Shown: piece after piece, positions 20,252-20,401 of the stretch
Position numbering within the stretch: the first letter of the stretch is position 1
How the letters are laid out: each line of letters begins with the position of its first letter
Origin: Octopus sinensis
Taxonomy: Eukaryota
Reading direction: 5' to 3'
NCBI RefSeq assembly: GCF_006345805.1
Contig: NW_021823985.1
Coordinates: forward strand, 1 to 20,401
Length of the DNA stretch: 20,401 nt
Translations under genes and position numbers: made by a program
Notes under the pieces: generated by a model
Seen by the model: only the letters and a program-made list of their open reading frames with translations
Told to the model about the DNA's origin: nothing
The model's database searches: none

Positions 20252-20401
20252 GACTATATCTATATGTGTTTGTGTCAGCCATTGTGCTAACAACAAAAAA
20301 TATCCCGCTGTCTCGAATTGGTTAGCTGACTGATTGAGCATTTTATGATAACCATAAAAATAAAAAAAAGCAGACGACATCTTTGTTCTCGGTGGGTCCT
20401 T

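Overview
Eukaryotic, repeat-saturated, largely non-coding DNA. The SINE families and the very high microsatellite density suggest a coleoid cephalopod (Octopus-like); this is my recognition, not a database result. No intact protein-coding gene is supported, and almost all ORFs in the track are translations of microsatellites or SINEs. Main contents: (1) a 5'-truncated Tx1-like (L1 clade) LINE on the minus strand (3439-5770), flanked on both sides by (GATA)n; (2) about 15 copies or fragments of three tRNA-type SINE families, one with a perfect 21-bp TSD; (3) three MITE-like hairpins and a Tc1 transposase remnant; (4) a ~480-bp local duplication; (5) one possible Gln/Pro/Thr-rich exon-like segment (16752-17172, minus). 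The most notable structure is a 2.27-kb AT-rich element (13673-15945) with ~480-bp inverted terminal repeats. Each repeat carries a minimal type-I hammerhead-ribozyme-like motif (CUGAAGA...GAAAC-GAUC-GUA), pointing to a Penelope-like/retrozyme-type element rather than a DNA transposon. The 3' tail of SINE family A also matches the 3' end of the Tx1 LINE, suggesting a SINE-LINE partnership.
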